DNA of 64,000 bases from Armatimonadota bacterium (lineage in GTDB: Bacteria; Armatimonadota; HRBIN16). The DNA lies in the NCBI GenBank assembly GCA_963677485.1, contig OY781964.1:4640001-4704000 (forward strand), written 5' to 3'. The translations under genes and the position numbers were made by a program. This document shows positions 1-10,394 of this stretch, in pieces (position 1 is the first letter of the stretch; every line of letters starts with the position of its first letter). The notes beneath the pieces are model-generated. The model had not been told where the DNA came from, ran no database searches, and saw nothing but the letters and a program-made list of their open reading frames with translations.

Positions 1-1
1 A

Positions 2-1393
2 ATCTTCCGCGACCCGAGGACCGAACGATCTGTGATGGATTTCGTGGAGTTCCAGCAGAAGAGCATGGCAGACACGGTGTGCGACTATTCGGCGGTGGTG
101 CGTAAAGCCACTGCTGGACGCAAGCTGGTGCTGGTGTTCTATGGCTATGTGTTTGAATTCGCGCCGATGTCCACTGGTGCTGGGTCATCTGGACACTATG
201 CTCTGCGGCAGATTCTGAATAGCCCGAATATCGACATCGTCTGCTCTCCAATATCGTATGGTGACCGCGGTAGGGGACAGTCTGGTCCGTGTATGACCAC
301 TGCGGAGAGTGTGACCATGGCCGGTAAGATGTGGCTGAACGAGGACGACACTCGCACCTACTTAACGAAAGAGGAAAATTTCCCCGGAGCCGAACACATT
401 TTGACTTCAGCCGAACAGACTAACGAGTTGCTGACCCGCAATGTGGCCCAAGAAGCGACCCGCAACTTTGCCACCTGGTGGATGGATCTGCCCGCAACGG
501 GATGGTATGACGATCCGGCCTTGTGGGCTCGAATGAAGCAGTTGGCTCCTCTGGATGATTATTTCGTTAGAAATGCCATACCATATAAACCGGAAATCGC
601 ATTGGTACTCGACGAAAAGAGCATGCTGATGTTATCCGACGGGGCGGACAAGGTCGCAGGACCACTGGTCGCGGAGGTTCGCCGTGAGTTGAGCCGCGTA
701 GGAGCACCATACGGGCAGTATCTACTGGATGATGTGGTGAACGGTAAGGTCAAGGCGAAGATGTATGTGTTTGCCGCGGCCTGGAGGCTGGACTCTAAAC
801 AGAGAGCGGCTCTGCTGAAGGCTACCAAAGGCAGCGTATGCATCTGGGCATATGCTCCTGGGTATTTCGACGGGCTCTCGCCTTCGATCCAGTCGATGAA
901 GCAGCTAACTGGGTTCGCAGTCAAGAAGATCGAGCTGCCACAATCCTATGCTATTCCTGCGAGCAAGGAACTTAAGGGCAGCATGTTCTATGTACGGCCT
1001 GAGAAGATGTCACCGACCTTCGCGGTGACAGATGCTAAACAGCCGGAAATTCAAGCGAAGTATCCTAATGGCTCTGTGGCTGTGACCGTGCGTAAGCGCG
1101 AGGGCGGTGTCTCGGTGTTCTGGGGCACGCCAGGCTGGAACAGACTGCTGCTGCGTAAACTGGCCGCTTCAGCCGGGATACACCTCTATGCACAGCAGGA
1201 TTGCGTGGTGTATGCCAACGGCGACGTGCTGGCGGTGCATTCGGTCAAAGACGGCAAAGTTCAGATTGATACAGGCCGTAAGGATCCGGTATTCGATCTG
1301 CTGACCGGAGCAAAGTTAGGCGTGGGGCCGAAGATCACCTTGACGATGGACTATTCACAAACACGTGTGTTGAAGATTGGCCCCATGAAGTAA
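2..1393 (+). CDS. Glycoside hydrolase (GH42/beta-galactosidase-like), 5' truncated by window edge
   Basis: Frame is open from position 2. WLNEDDTRT, WWMDL and GAPYGQYLLDD segments plus a trimerisation/GATase-like C-terminus resemble beta-galactosidase-like proteins. Confidence 0.6.
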   Translation: MFRDPRTERSVMDFVEFQQKSMADTVCDYSAVVRKATAGRKLVLVFYGYVFEFAPMSTGAGSSGHYALRQILNSPNIDIVCSPISYGDRGRGQSGPCMTTAESVTMAGKMWLNEDDTRTYLTKEENFPGAEHILTSAEQTNELLTRNVAQEATRNFATWWMDLPATGWYDDPALWARMKQLAPLDDYFVRNAIPYKPEIALVLDEKSMLMLSDGADKVAGPLVAEVRRELSRVGAPYGQYLLDDVVNGKVKAKMYVFAAAWRLDSKQRAALLKATKGSVCIWAYAPGYFDGLSPSIQSMKQLTGFAVKKIELPQSYAIPASKELKGSMFYVRPEKMSPTFAVTDAKQPEIQAKYPNGSVAVTVRKREGGVSVFWGTPGWNRLLLRKLAASAGIHLYAQQDCVVYANGDVLAVHSVKDGKVQIDTGRKDPVFDLLTGAKLGVGPKITLTMDYSQTRVLKIGPMK

Positions 1394-1403
1394 GAACAGA
1401 TCA

Positions 1404-1442
1404 CACCACCAGCCTTTGGATATTGTTCTTAGGCTGGTGGTG
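1404..1442. terminator. Hairpin between convergent genes
   Basis: CACCACCAGCCT-N15-AGGCTGGTGGTG, 12-bp perfect stem. Confidence 0.55.
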
Positions 1443-1449
1443 GACACTC

Positions 1450-2853
1450 TCAGCCGCTTGCGGTATCTGCAGCCGTTGTGGCGAGTGGGTGGCGTTTGTG
1501 CCCCAAGTCCAGCGTGTTTTCGAGCAATCCTTGAAAATGGGGAAGCAGTCCAGCCCGGATAACAGCCGTCCAGAACCATTCACTGCGCTTCCAGCCAACC
1601 GCGTAAGCTAGATGCTGGATTCGTCCTGGCAGGCTATTTCTCGTAAGACAGCTCTTCCAGATACTCGATAAAGAATAGAACCGGCGGTAGCTTCGCCAGT
1701 AACCCTCCTCCAACTGACTAGGTGTCATGTGCAGCGGCTGGTATACACAATGTCTTGTGTCGTACATGTCCCAATCGTCAGTCAGTATACGCCCTTGCTG
1801 TTTCATCTGTTGGTATATGGCGCTGCCCGGATACGGTGTCAGTATATGAAAAGTGGCGGTCTCTAGACCCATCTCAAGAGCCCAGTCTACTGTGGCATCA
1901 AAGACATCCGTATCTTCAGCGTCAGCACCGAAAACAAAACTGGCGTTCGCCATCACCCCGCACTCTCGCAGCCTTCTCACAGCCCGGTGGTAGTCCGCAA
2001 CGGTGTTCTGGTATTTGTGATGCTCCCTCAAGCTTGCTGGGTTAATACTCTCAAATCCGATGAACAGACTACGCAGTCCTGCTTCTGCGGCAGATTCGAG
2101 CAGCCCGGGCTGCAAAATAGACGCGACCGTCGCAGCCCCCTGAAACACACGGTTCATCCTGCGCATCTCCGTGAAAAGCTGTTTCGCAAATGCCGGTGCA
2201 CCGAACAAGTGGTCGTCCAGAAAGAACAGGTGCCGGCCAGGCAACTGTTGGATCTGCTCTAGAGCATCGTCGACCCGCTGTGTGTAAAAGGAGGCTCCAC
2301 CGTCGTAGAAGGAGTGCTTATAACAAAACTCGCAGTTGTGAGGGCAACCTCGGCTGACGACCAGTGAGTTAGGCGTCAGATACCGCTCGCGTTTGATCAG
2401 GTCACGCCGTGGCTGAGGCATCCCACCCAGTGTGCGTGTGGTCGACCGATAGAGGCGCTCAGGAGTTCCCCTTAGCAGGTCCTGTAGATACCTTGGCCAC
2501 GCTTCCTCCGCCGGACCCAGTATCACGGTGTCGGCGTGTTGCAAGGCCTCATCGGGCAGAGCTGTGGTATGCAGGCCTCCCAACACCACCCGCACACCGC
2601 GTCGTCGATAATGGTCGGCTATCCGGTACGAGCGGTTGGCTGATGTAGCATAGACCTCGATGCCAACGAGCTCAGGTGTGTCGTCTAGAGTAAGTTCCTC
2701 CACATGTTCGTCAACAATTTCTACGGTGTGTGGGTCGGTGATGTAGCTGGCTAACGTAGCTAGTCCGAGTGGTGGGAACAGCGAATACTTCAGTGGTCGC
2801 CATTCGGGGCTATTGGCTTCTTTCAAACGGGGAAGGATTAACTTAACGTGCAT
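1450..2853 (-). CDS. B12-binding domain radical SAM protein
   Basis: PPLGLATLAS and GGLH B12-domain motifs; SRGCPHNCEFC (CxxxCxxC); GFES; TPYPGS. ATG at 2853 follows a GGAGA RBS. Confidence 0.9.
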   Translation of the reverse strand: MHVKLILPRLKEANSPEWRPLKYSLFPPLGLATLASYITDPHTVEIVDEHVEELTLDDTPELVGIEVYATSANRSYRIADHYRRRGVRVVLGGLHTTALPDEALQHADTVILGPAEEAWPRYLQDLLRGTPERLYRSTTRTLGGMPQPRRDLIKRERYLTPNSLVVSRGCPHNCEFCYKHSFYDGGASFYTQRVDDALEQIQQLPGRHLFFLDDHLFGAPAFAKQLFTEMRRMNRVFQGAATVASILQPGLLESAAEAGLRSLFIGFESINPASLREHHKYQNTVADYHRAVRRLRECGVMANASFVFGADAEDTDVFDATVDWALEMGLETATFHILTPYPGSAIYQQMKQQGRILTDDWDMYDTRHCVYQPLHMTPSQLEEGYWRSYRRFYSLSSIWKSCLTRNSLPGRIQHLAYAVGWKRSEWFWTAVIRAGLLPHFQGLLENTLDLGHKRHPLATTAADTASG

Positions 2854-2915
2854 GGTATCATCTCCCTGGCTTTCGTGATACATATCATACGATACCAGAG
2901 CATACATACGTTACA

Positions 2916-4772
2916 TCATATTCGTTTGAATTTCTGATCCAACTCCTGGTTTGTCATGGTGAGTATCACGGGACGGCCATGGGGGCAGAGGTAGGGGTTC
3001 TCGGTTTCTGCCAGGTCGGAAAGCAGGCGTTCCATTTCGGGTGTCTCAAGGATGTCGCCAGACTTGACCGCCATCTTGCACGCGGTGGTGGCGACTAACT
3101 GCTCAAAGCTGAGGGGGAGGCGTCTCTGTACGCTTAGCTCCGTCATCTCCTCCAGCATATCCTTAACTGTCTTCACCATGTCGGCGGATTTAATCCAGGC
3201 CGGTACGCCGCGTATGGCAAAGGCGTCCACACCAAACGGCTGCAGGAGAAAGCCCAGAGTGCGCAGCGATTCCAGCTTGCTGGCTGACAGCGCCGCGGTC
3301 CGCCGGTCCACATAGATCACCTCAGGGCTCAGCAACTGGGTAATGGGAATCGGGTTGGTCTCGCGTAATACGGTCAGTTTCTCGTAAAGAACCCTCTCAT
3401 GGGCTACGTGTTGGTCGATGATCAATAACCCTTCATCGGTGGCGGCGATGATATAAGTCGTTTTGACCTGCCCAAGGATTCGGAAGCCCTCCAACATCTT
3501 CTTGTAGGGTTTCCGTAAAGATTCACTCGGTGCAGCAACGGCGAATGGGTCATACTCTTCGTCGCCTTGGGTAGTCTGAACGGCTGGGATAGATATGGTG
3601 CCCAACTCAAGGCCTGTCTTTTGTTCAAGCGCATCGTGGAACTGGCTCATATTCGGCAGAGAGATCGGGTTAGGCGATAGTTGCGGCCGCATGTAGCCTG
3701 GCATCGGATTTGAGGCAGGCTGGTCAAATTGCATCGGTTCCGTCTGCATTGCGGTCGGCATCATGCCCCCGTCAATTAAAGCGGATCGGATGGCTTGCCT
3801 GACCAGGTGGTAAATCTGGTTGTCCAGTTCGAATTTCACTTCGGCTTTGGACGGGTGTACATTCACATCAACCGCCTCTGGAGGCAGGTTGATAAACACC
3901 GCGCAGGCCGGAAACCTGTTCTCCGGGGTGATCGACCGAAATGCGTCGTCCAGTGCGCGGGTCAACACGCGATGACGCACCAGCCGCTTATTGACAAAGA
4001 AGCTCTGCATCGCACGATTGGCCCGTGACACATGGGGAGGTGAGACATAGCCGTCCACACTCATGTGTCCCATTTGAAACATGATCGGCCGCATTTCACG
4101 TGCGACCTCTCGTCCAAACACAGCCATGACTACGTTCTTGGGGTCTGATGCTCCCTGGCTGGTTAACAACACCGTTCCGTTGTGTTCCAGCTTGAACCGC
4201 ACAGCCGGGTTGACCAGAGCCAACCGTCCAACGACCTCAACGATGTGCCCAAGTTCGGTAGGGGTTGACTTTAGAAACTTCTGTCGGGCTGGAGTATTGA
4301 AAAACAGCTCCTTCACGGTGATGGTGGTTCCCACCAGCGCAGATAGCTCCTGAGCCGTCACCACCTCGCCGGCCTCAATAACAAGCTGGAAAGCCACGGC
4401 ATCATTAGGACGGCGTGTCAGGATCTCAAACCGCGAGACGGAGGCTATACTGGGCAGTGCTTCGCCGCGGAACCCTAATGTAGTGATATGGGGCAGATCA
4501 TCTGCATCTGATATCTTGCTGGTAGCATGACGCTGGATGGCAAGCAGTGCGTCAGCTGGACTCATGCCTGTTCCATCATCTTGAACACAGATGAGCTGTT
4601 TACCGCCGTCCTGAAGCACGATGCTGATGCTTGTGGCACCAGCATCCAGGCTGTTTTCTACCAGTTCCTTGACTACAGAAACCGGCCTTTCGACAACCTC
4701 GCCAGCGGCTATCCGGTTGGCGGTATGCTCATCTAGCAGTCGTACGAGGCACTCCGAATTCTGAGTATCCAC
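2916..4772 (-). CDS. mutL: DNA mismatch repair endonuclease MutL
   Basis: IAAGEVVERP, ELVENSLDAG, GFRGEAL, DVNVHP; endonuclease motifs DQHVAHER, ACK and CPHGRP. Confidence 0.98.
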   Translation of the reverse strand: MDTQNSECLVRLLDEHTANRIAAGEVVERPVSVVKELVENSLDAGATSISIVLQDGGKQLICVQDDGTGMSPADALLAIQRHATSKISDADDLPHITTLGFRGEALPSIASVSRFEILTRRPNDAVAFQLVIEAGEVVTAQELSALVGTTITVKELFFNTPARQKFLKSTPTELGHIVEVVGRLALVNPAVRFKLEHNGTVLLTSQGASDPKNVVMAVFGREVAREMRPIMFQMGHMSVDGYVSPPHVSRANRAMQSFFVNKRLVRHRVLTRALDDAFRSITPENRFPACAVFINLPPEAVDVNVHPSKAEVKFELDNQIYHLVRQAIRSALIDGGMMPTAMQTEPMQFDQPASNPMPGYMRPQLSPNPISLPNMSQFHDALEQKTGLELGTISIPAVQTTQGDEEYDPFAVAAPSESLRKPYKKMLEGFRILGQVKTTYIIAATDEGLLIIDQHVAHERVLYEKLTVLRETNPIPITQLLSPEVIYVDRRTAALSASKLESLRTLGFLLQPFGVDAFAIRGVPAWIKSADMVKTVKDMLEEMTELSVQRRLPLSFEQLVATTACKMAVKSGDILETPEMERLLSDLAETENPYLCPHGRPVILTMTNQELDQKFKRI

Positions 4773-4777
4773 CAGGC

Positions 4778-5413
4778 TTACTTTTTACTTTTTGTTTTTG
4801 AAGTACTAGCCTTGGATGCGGCTAACTGTTTTGTCTCCGCAGGGGATAAGCGTGTGGTGATCGAACCTATCTCCGCGATGTATTTCTTCGCCCGCTCAGT
4901 CATCATGGTATATTCCGGGTTGTTTTCTGTCTTGCCCATTTTAGCGAGTGCAGTGGCATGTTCAGTGGCGATTGCTAATTGACGTCTGAGCAGCTTAACC
5001 TTCGCGATTTGTTCCCCACCAACCACACTGGGATTGGCGACCTGCACGCGAGCAGTGATCATTTTAGCGATCTGTTTTTCCATCGTCTTCATGTGCTGCT
5101 CATATCCGATGAGCTTAGCCCGCAACACATTTCGTTGTTTGGACAATGCCGCGCGTTTCGCGGGATCCTTCTCGTCCATGATGGCGAGATTGAGCTTTGT
5201 CAGAGTATTAACAGTGGCATCACGCTGGTCCACGATCTTCTTTCGCGCAGTAGCAATACTTCGTTCTTTTTGGGATGCAGGCGGAATGTCCTTTTGGTCG
5301 AACTTCCTAAGGTCTGTGGTAGGTGGTGCGTCAGGGGCTTGAGCTGATGCTGTCAAGGGTAGCATTATACATAATAAACCTGACAATGTGGCTAGAATTC
5401 TGAATGTTTTCAA
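4778..5413 (-). CDS. Hypothetical secreted coiled-coil protein
   Basis: Signal peptide ending ASA-Q, helical basic body, AGGAGA RBS upstream of a TTG start. Confidence 0.7.
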   Translation of the reverse strand: MKTFRILATLSGLLCIMLPLTASAQAPDAPPTTDLRKFDQKDIPPASQKERSIATARKKIVDQRDATVNTLTKLNLAIMDEKDPAKRAALSKQRNVLRAKLIGYEQHMKTMEKQIAKMITARVQVANPSVVGGEQIAKVKLLRRQLAIATEHATALAKMGKTENNPEYTMMTERAKKYIAEIGSITTRLSPAETKQLAASKASTSKTKSKK

Positions 5414-5527
5414 TATGATGTATCTCCTAATGATAGCTGATCAGGTATATTATATAGCGACTCATGCTTACGCGAGATAAACTATACACGGTATGCATTT
5501 ATAAATACGCGAAACGAGGAGATTTCT

Positions 5528-7039
5528 GTGACATTCTCCCATAGATATTCGATCATTGGGGTGCTGGTCACCCTTGCCATTGCTCCAGTCCTGTCTGCAC
5601 CGAAAAGTGATGAGATATGGTCCCTTAAGGCTGACAATCAAGCCGTATCCTGGATTGATCTGAGCGATGGCAGTAGGAAACCTGGCAGCATTACCGCTGA
5701 GGGGCACGTCAGTATCAAACGCCCGGATATGCAGCTTACCGCTGAAAGCCTGCTGGCCAATATGGCTGATGGAATCATATCACAACTGAAGGCCGGCGGT
5801 GGCGTGGACCTTGTAACGCCCTCTCAGGAACTGCATTGCGATGAACTGACCGCTACAGTTTCGCCGGATGGCAAGATCATCAATGGCTCTTTGGTCAATG
5901 TCAATGGCAAAACAGGCCAATTGCTGGTGAAGGCTGAGAGCACGACCATATCTGGCAACATCATGCGACTTAAAACTGGGCAGATCACAGTCTGTGCGTT
6001 GCCAACACCTCACTACGCGTTAAAAGCGAACACCATCACCATTAACACTGTCACACGCCGTGTTACTGCGCGGAACGTCCGGTTGATGGTATATGGTCAC
6101 ACGGTCATGGCGTTACCGTATATCTCCACTGGCGTGGGAACTAAACGAAATTCAACTTTGATGCCCATTATTACCTATACACAGGGCAAAGGTGTAGGGG
6201 TTCGGTATCCCATCGTCATCCCGATGAAGGATAGCATGGTCACAGGACGGGTGGCAGTATACGAGCGTGACCAAGCGGAACTGTCACTCAGTTACGACCA
6301 ACGGTTGGACAAGACCGGCGATAATGAACAGATGGACCGCCTTCAGGACGGTGACTATGAGCAGGCAGCCTTTATGTCGGTTCCCAGTGAAGCACCAGCA
6401 CCATTAAAGACAAATGCATCCTGGTTCGTCACTGGTGATGTGAACCGCCCTGTTTACTTAGCGCAAGATAATTCCGATCAAGTGCGGATTAATTCGACGG
6501 AGATCGGTGCCAGATATGACACAAGAACCTCGAAATACGGATGGATGCAGGCTGAGCTTCGTACAGGGAGCGTGCGCGAAGAACCGACCATGGAGGACCA
6601 TTTCCGAAGTTCGATACATGCCAGATGGTCATCCATACCCGTGAAGATTCTGCCTGTCCTGAATTACCGGGTGGGTACAGAATGGAGAGCGGTGACGTAT
6701 AGCTCTGGTGATCAAATCAACCGCATCACAGGCCAGTTTATGCTGGATGGTAAGCCTGAGTCATGGATGGAATACACGCTGGGTTACGCTAGTGCGAAAG
6801 AGACGGGGAGAAGCCCCTTCAGTTTTGATCGCCTGACCGTCAAACACGAAGGTATTGCACGCCTCCTAATAGGCCATGGAACTCGGATTGATGCGAGAGG
6901 ATACTGGGATTTTGAAAAATCTGCATGGATCGATGTCACGATTGCATTGAAAGTTCGGGCTCATTGTATCGAACCTGAGCTTATCTGGAGCCAGAAAATG
7001 CAGAGTGTGGAGTTCAACCTTGATATCGCTACTTTTTAG
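5528..7039 (+). CDS. LptD-like outer-membrane protein (paralog 1)
   Basis: Signal peptide, OstA-like beta-jellyroll N-terminus, TVCALPTPHY (LptD TxC..PHY motif), PFSFDR, C-terminal Phe. Confidence 0.7.
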   Translation: MTFSHRYSIIGVLVTLAIAPVLSAPKSDEIWSLKADNQAVSWIDLSDGSRKPGSITAEGHVSIKRPDMQLTAESLLANMADGIISQLKAGGGVDLVTPSQELHCDELTATVSPDGKIINGSLVNVNGKTGQLLVKAESTTISGNIMRLKTGQITVCALPTPHYALKANTITINTVTRRVTARNVRLMVYGHTVMALPYISTGVGTKRNSTLMPIITYTQGKGVGVRYPIVIPMKDSMVTGRVAVYERDQAELSLSYDQRLDKTGDNEQMDRLQDGDYEQAAFMSVPSEAPAPLKTNASWFVTGDVNRPVYLAQDNSDQVRINSTEIGARYDTRTSKYGWMQAELRTGSVREEPTMEDHFRSSIHARWSSIPVKILPVLNYRVGTEWRAVTYSSGDQINRITGQFMLDGKPESWMEYTLGYASAKETGRSPFSFDRLTVKHEGIARLLIGHGTRIDARGYWDFEKSAWIDVTIALKVRAHCIEPELIWSQKMQSVEFNLDIATF

Positions 7040-7101
7040 GTCTTGGCGGGTATAGTTAATACGTATACATATAACAACAACCGACCCGTTGGAGGAGATT
7101 A

Positions 7102-7653
7102 ATGAACACTCTGGTCATCTACGCACATCCAAAAGACACAAGTTACAACGCAGCTATTAAGGACACAGTGCTTGAAGCACTCAAGAAACGCGGCGACACC
7201 GTAGAGCTCCGCGACCTATACGCTATGGACTTCAATCCCGTATTGCGGTTCGATCACCAAAAAGCTCCCGATGTAGAACAAGAACAAAAGTATATATCCA
7301 ATGCTGACGAGATTGTGATAGTGAACCCAATATGGTGGTACAGCATGCCGGCTATACTGAAGGGTTATATCGATAGAGTATTGACATACGGGTTCGCATA
7401 TGCTTACACCGAAAATGGAGTCGACGGCCTGCTTAAGGGTAAGCGAGTGACGATTATCAACACCGCCGGCGGCACGCAAGAGGCCTACGCGAGTGGCGGA
7501 TATGATGAAGCACTTGCAAGAACCATCGTTAATGGTATCTACCGGTTCTGCGGCCTGGAGATCACGAAGCACCATATCGTGCATAATGTCATCCAAGGCA
7601 GCGACGAGTATCGAGCGGGTGCTTTGAAAGAAATCGCCGCGTTGTTTGAGTAA
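7102..7653 (+). CDS. NAD(P)H:quinone oxidoreductase, flavodoxin-2 family
   Basis: YAHP, RDLYAMDFNPVL, PIWWYSMPAILKGYIDRV. Confidence 0.93.
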   Translation: MNTLVIYAHPKDTSYNAAIKDTVLEALKKRGDTVELRDLYAMDFNPVLRFDHQKAPDVEQEQKYISNADEIVIVNPIWWYSMPAILKGYIDRVLTYGFAYAYTENGVDGLLKGKRVTIINTAGGTQEAYASGGYDEALARTIVNGIYRFCGLEITKHHIVHNVIQGSDEYRAGALKEIAALFE

Positions 7654-7673
7654 TAAAACACATTTCGATATGA

Positions 7674-7707
7674 AACGGGTCTGGCATCACATGATGCCAG
7701 ACCCGTT
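7674..7707. terminator. Bidirectional terminator-like hairpin
   Basis: AACGGGTCTGGCATCA-CA-TGATGCCAGACCCGTT between convergent genes. Confidence 0.75.
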
Positions 7708-7730
7708 CTGCTGAAGCCGTAAAGGTCGAT

Positions 7731-8513
7731 CTAGTGCATTTTGCCCTTAGCGACGAATACCTTCTTCATGCGGTTCCAGAGTATTCCGCGGTTCAACTCA
7801 GCGATCGCACGAGTCAGCGAAATCTCTTTCGGGCAAGCCTTGATGCAGTTCTGCGCGTTGCCACATCCCAGAAGCCCGTCAGGCCCTGCCAGCACGTCGT
7901 AGCGGTCATCCTCAAGTTCCTTCCCGATGGGATGGTAGTTGAACACAAACGCCTGGCCTATTGCGGTCGGCCCGATGAAGTTGCTGTTCATACTGACGTT
8001 GGGGCAGCTCTCCACACAGCATCCGCAAGTCATGCAACGGCTGAAGTCGTAACGCAGCTCTGCCTGAGACTGGCTCATTCGTACACCTGGGCCGAGGTCA
8101 TGCGTTCCGTCAATCGGGATCCATGCCTTGATTCGCTTCAGTGTTTCAAACATATGACTTCGGTCGACTACCAGGTCACGGATGACAGGGTATTTCGTCA
8201 TAGGTTCTACTGTGACAACAAGCGCATCGGTCTGAGGTTTGCCTACGGCGTCAATCAATGTGGCACATGCTTGATGGGCATATCCATTGATGACCATAGT
8301 ACAGGTTCCGCAAACTTCCTCAAGGCAAGCCGCCTCCCATGCAGGAGCGACCACTGCTTCACCCTTGGAGTTCACAGGGTTGCGTTGAATAGTCATCAGG
8401 CAGCTAATGATGTTTGAGTTCGGCACATAGGGCATCTTGAACTCTTCCCAGTAGGAAGCCGAACCGGCATCCTTCTGGCGTTTGATTTTCATGATGATAG
8501 TGTTGTAAGCCAT
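7731..8513 (-). CDS. sdhB: Succinate dehydrogenase iron-sulfur subunit
   Basis: CLEEVCGTC, CMTCGCCVESCP and CGNAQNCIKACP clusters (Bacillus-type). Confidence 0.96.
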   Translation of the reverse strand: MAYNTIIMKIKRQKDAGSASYWEEFKMPYVPNSNIISCLMTIQRNPVNSKGEAVVAPAWEAACLEEVCGTCTMVINGYAHQACATLIDAVGKPQTDALVVTVEPMTKYPVIRDLVVDRSHMFETLKRIKAWIPIDGTHDLGPGVRMSQSQAELRYDFSRCMTCGCCVESCPNVSMNSNFIGPTAIGQAFVFNYHPIGKELEDDRYDVLAGPDGLLGCGNAQNCIKACPKEISLTRAIAELNRGILWNRMKKVFVAKGKMH

Positions 8514-8528
8514 GTTCAATACGCCTCC

Positions 8529-10379
8529 TTACTTCTTCTCGCCAGTTTGGCTGGTCGATTTGTCTTTGGCGTAGTTTCGCAGTCGCGGAGTGATCATCTC
8601 ATGATCTACATCCGCATAGCTTATCTCCACTTTTCCGTTCTTCCATTCTGCAATGGTGCTCTTCAGGAACTTCTCATCATTGCGGTTCGGGAAGTCAGGC
8701 TTATAGTGGGCACCACGGCTTTCATCACGTTTGAGCGCACCAGTGGTGATGGTCTCAGCCAGAACCAGCATATTCTGCAGGTTGCGGGTGAATATCGCCG
8801 CCTGATTGGTCCACACACCGGTATCCGCCAGCCCTACATTCTTCATGCGTGACTTGATTTCAGATATCTTGACCAGGGTCTTTTCGAGTCGGTCGTTATA
8901 GCGAACGACAGTGACATTCTCGGTCATGACATCGCCCAGTTCGTCATGCAGTTTATAGGGGTTCTCACTGCCGTCCATCGAGACTATGGCATCATATTCC
9001 GCTTGCCGCTTACTGCGCATCGAATCAAACAGGCTGACCGGCATATCTTCTGTGGACTGATCTAGTCCCTTAACGTATCGTGAGACAGCCTCACCAGATA
9101 CTCCACCGGCGAAGATACAGCTCAGAAGCGCGTTGGCTCCCAGGCGGTTCGCACCGTGGAACTGGTATTCGCACTCGCCGACCGCATACAGGCCAGGTAT
9201 GTTCGTGGCCATATTCTGCGTACTTTCTGGGTTCAAGAAGCCATCCGCATTACTTTCGTAGTTGACCCAAAGCCCACCCATGCTATAGTGGACGGAGGGG
9301 AAAACCAGCATCGGAACGTCGCGAGGGTCTTTGCCTTTGAACTTGATGTAAATTTCAAGGATTCCCCAAAGCTTCTTGGTGGATGTGGCCCTGTCCAAGT
9401 GGGTGATGTCCAGGTAGACCTGGTTTTTTCCCTCGACTCCGAGTTTCTGGTTCACGCAGATGTCAAAGATCTCTCGGGTAGCGATGTCGCGAGGAACCAG
9501 GTTGCCATACGCAGGATACTTCTCTTCAAGGAAATACAGCCGTTCGGCTTCAGGTATGTCCTGAGCTGCGCGGGTTTCTGCCGAATTTCTCGGCACCCAC
9601 ACACGGCCGCCTTCACCGCGGATACCTTCTGACATCAATCGGTTCTTATCTTCACCAGGGATGGCGGTGGGGTGTACCTGTATCATTTCAGGGTTACCGT
9701 ACTTGGCACCTTGTTGATACACAAAGCTTGCTGCGCTGCCGGTGTTGATGATCGACTGAGTCGACTTACCGTAGATATATCCCGGTCCACCAGTGGCCAT
9801 GATCACCGCGTCAGCCCTGAAACTGCGGATTTCCATGGTATACAGGCTCTGAGCGATAATTCCTCGGCAGACGCCGTCATCGTCCTTGACGATGCCCAGG
9901 AAGTCCCAGCCTTCATATTTGTTCACAGAACCTTCGCACTCGTGGCGGCGCACCTGCTCATCCAGTGCGTAAAGCAACTGCTGGCCCGTGGTGGCTCCAG
10001 CAAACGCAGTGCGGCGCTGTTTGGCACCACCGAAACGCCGGAAATCCAAGAAGCCTTCACTGGTGCGGTTGAAGGGGACACCCATGCGATCGAGCATATA
10101 AATAACGCTGGGAGCCCTATCGGTCATGGTCCGAACGGGAGGCTGGTTTGCCAGGAAGTCACCACCATAAACGGTGTCGTCGAAGTGTTCCCATGTGCTG
10201 TCGCCTTCGCCCATCGTGTTCACAGCGCCATTGATACCGCCTTGCGCACACACGGAGTGGCTGCGTTTGACGGGTACCAGCGAGAACAGGTCGACTTTCA
10301 GACCTTTCTCGGCACTTTTGATTGTGGCCATCAGCCCAGCTAATCCGCCACCAACAATAATCACGCGATTGTTTGCCAT
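8529..10379 (-). CDS. sdhA: Succinate dehydrogenase flavoprotein subunit
   Basis: GGGLAG, RSHSVCAQGG, QVHPT, HYSMGG, HGANRLG, ESRGAH. Confidence 0.97.
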   Translation of the reverse strand: MANNRVIIVGGGLAGLMATIKSAEKGLKVDLFSLVPVKRSHSVCAQGGINGAVNTMGEGDSTWEHFDDTVYGGDFLANQPPVRTMTDRAPSVIYMLDRMGVPFNRTSEGFLDFRRFGGAKQRRTAFAGATTGQQLLYALDEQVRRHECEGSVNKYEGWDFLGIVKDDDGVCRGIIAQSLYTMEIRSFRADAVIMATGGPGYIYGKSTQSIINTGSAASFVYQQGAKYGNPEMIQVHPTAIPGEDKNRLMSEGIRGEGGRVWVPRNSAETRAAQDIPEAERLYFLEEKYPAYGNLVPRDIATREIFDICVNQKLGVEGKNQVYLDITHLDRATSTKKLWGILEIYIKFKGKDPRDVPMLVFPSVHYSMGGLWVNYESNADGFLNPESTQNMATNIPGLYAVGECEYQFHGANRLGANALLSCIFAGGVSGEAVSRYVKGLDQSTEDMPVSLFDSMRSKRQAEYDAIVSMDGSENPYKLHDELGDVMTENVTVVRYNDRLEKTLVKISEIKSRMKNVGLADTGVWTNQAAIFTRNLQNMLVLAETITTGALKRDESRGAHYKPDFPNRNDEKFLKSTIAEWKNGKVEISYADVDHEMITPRLRNYAKDKSTSQTGEKK

Positions 10380-10394
10380 ATCAGTAAAACCTCC

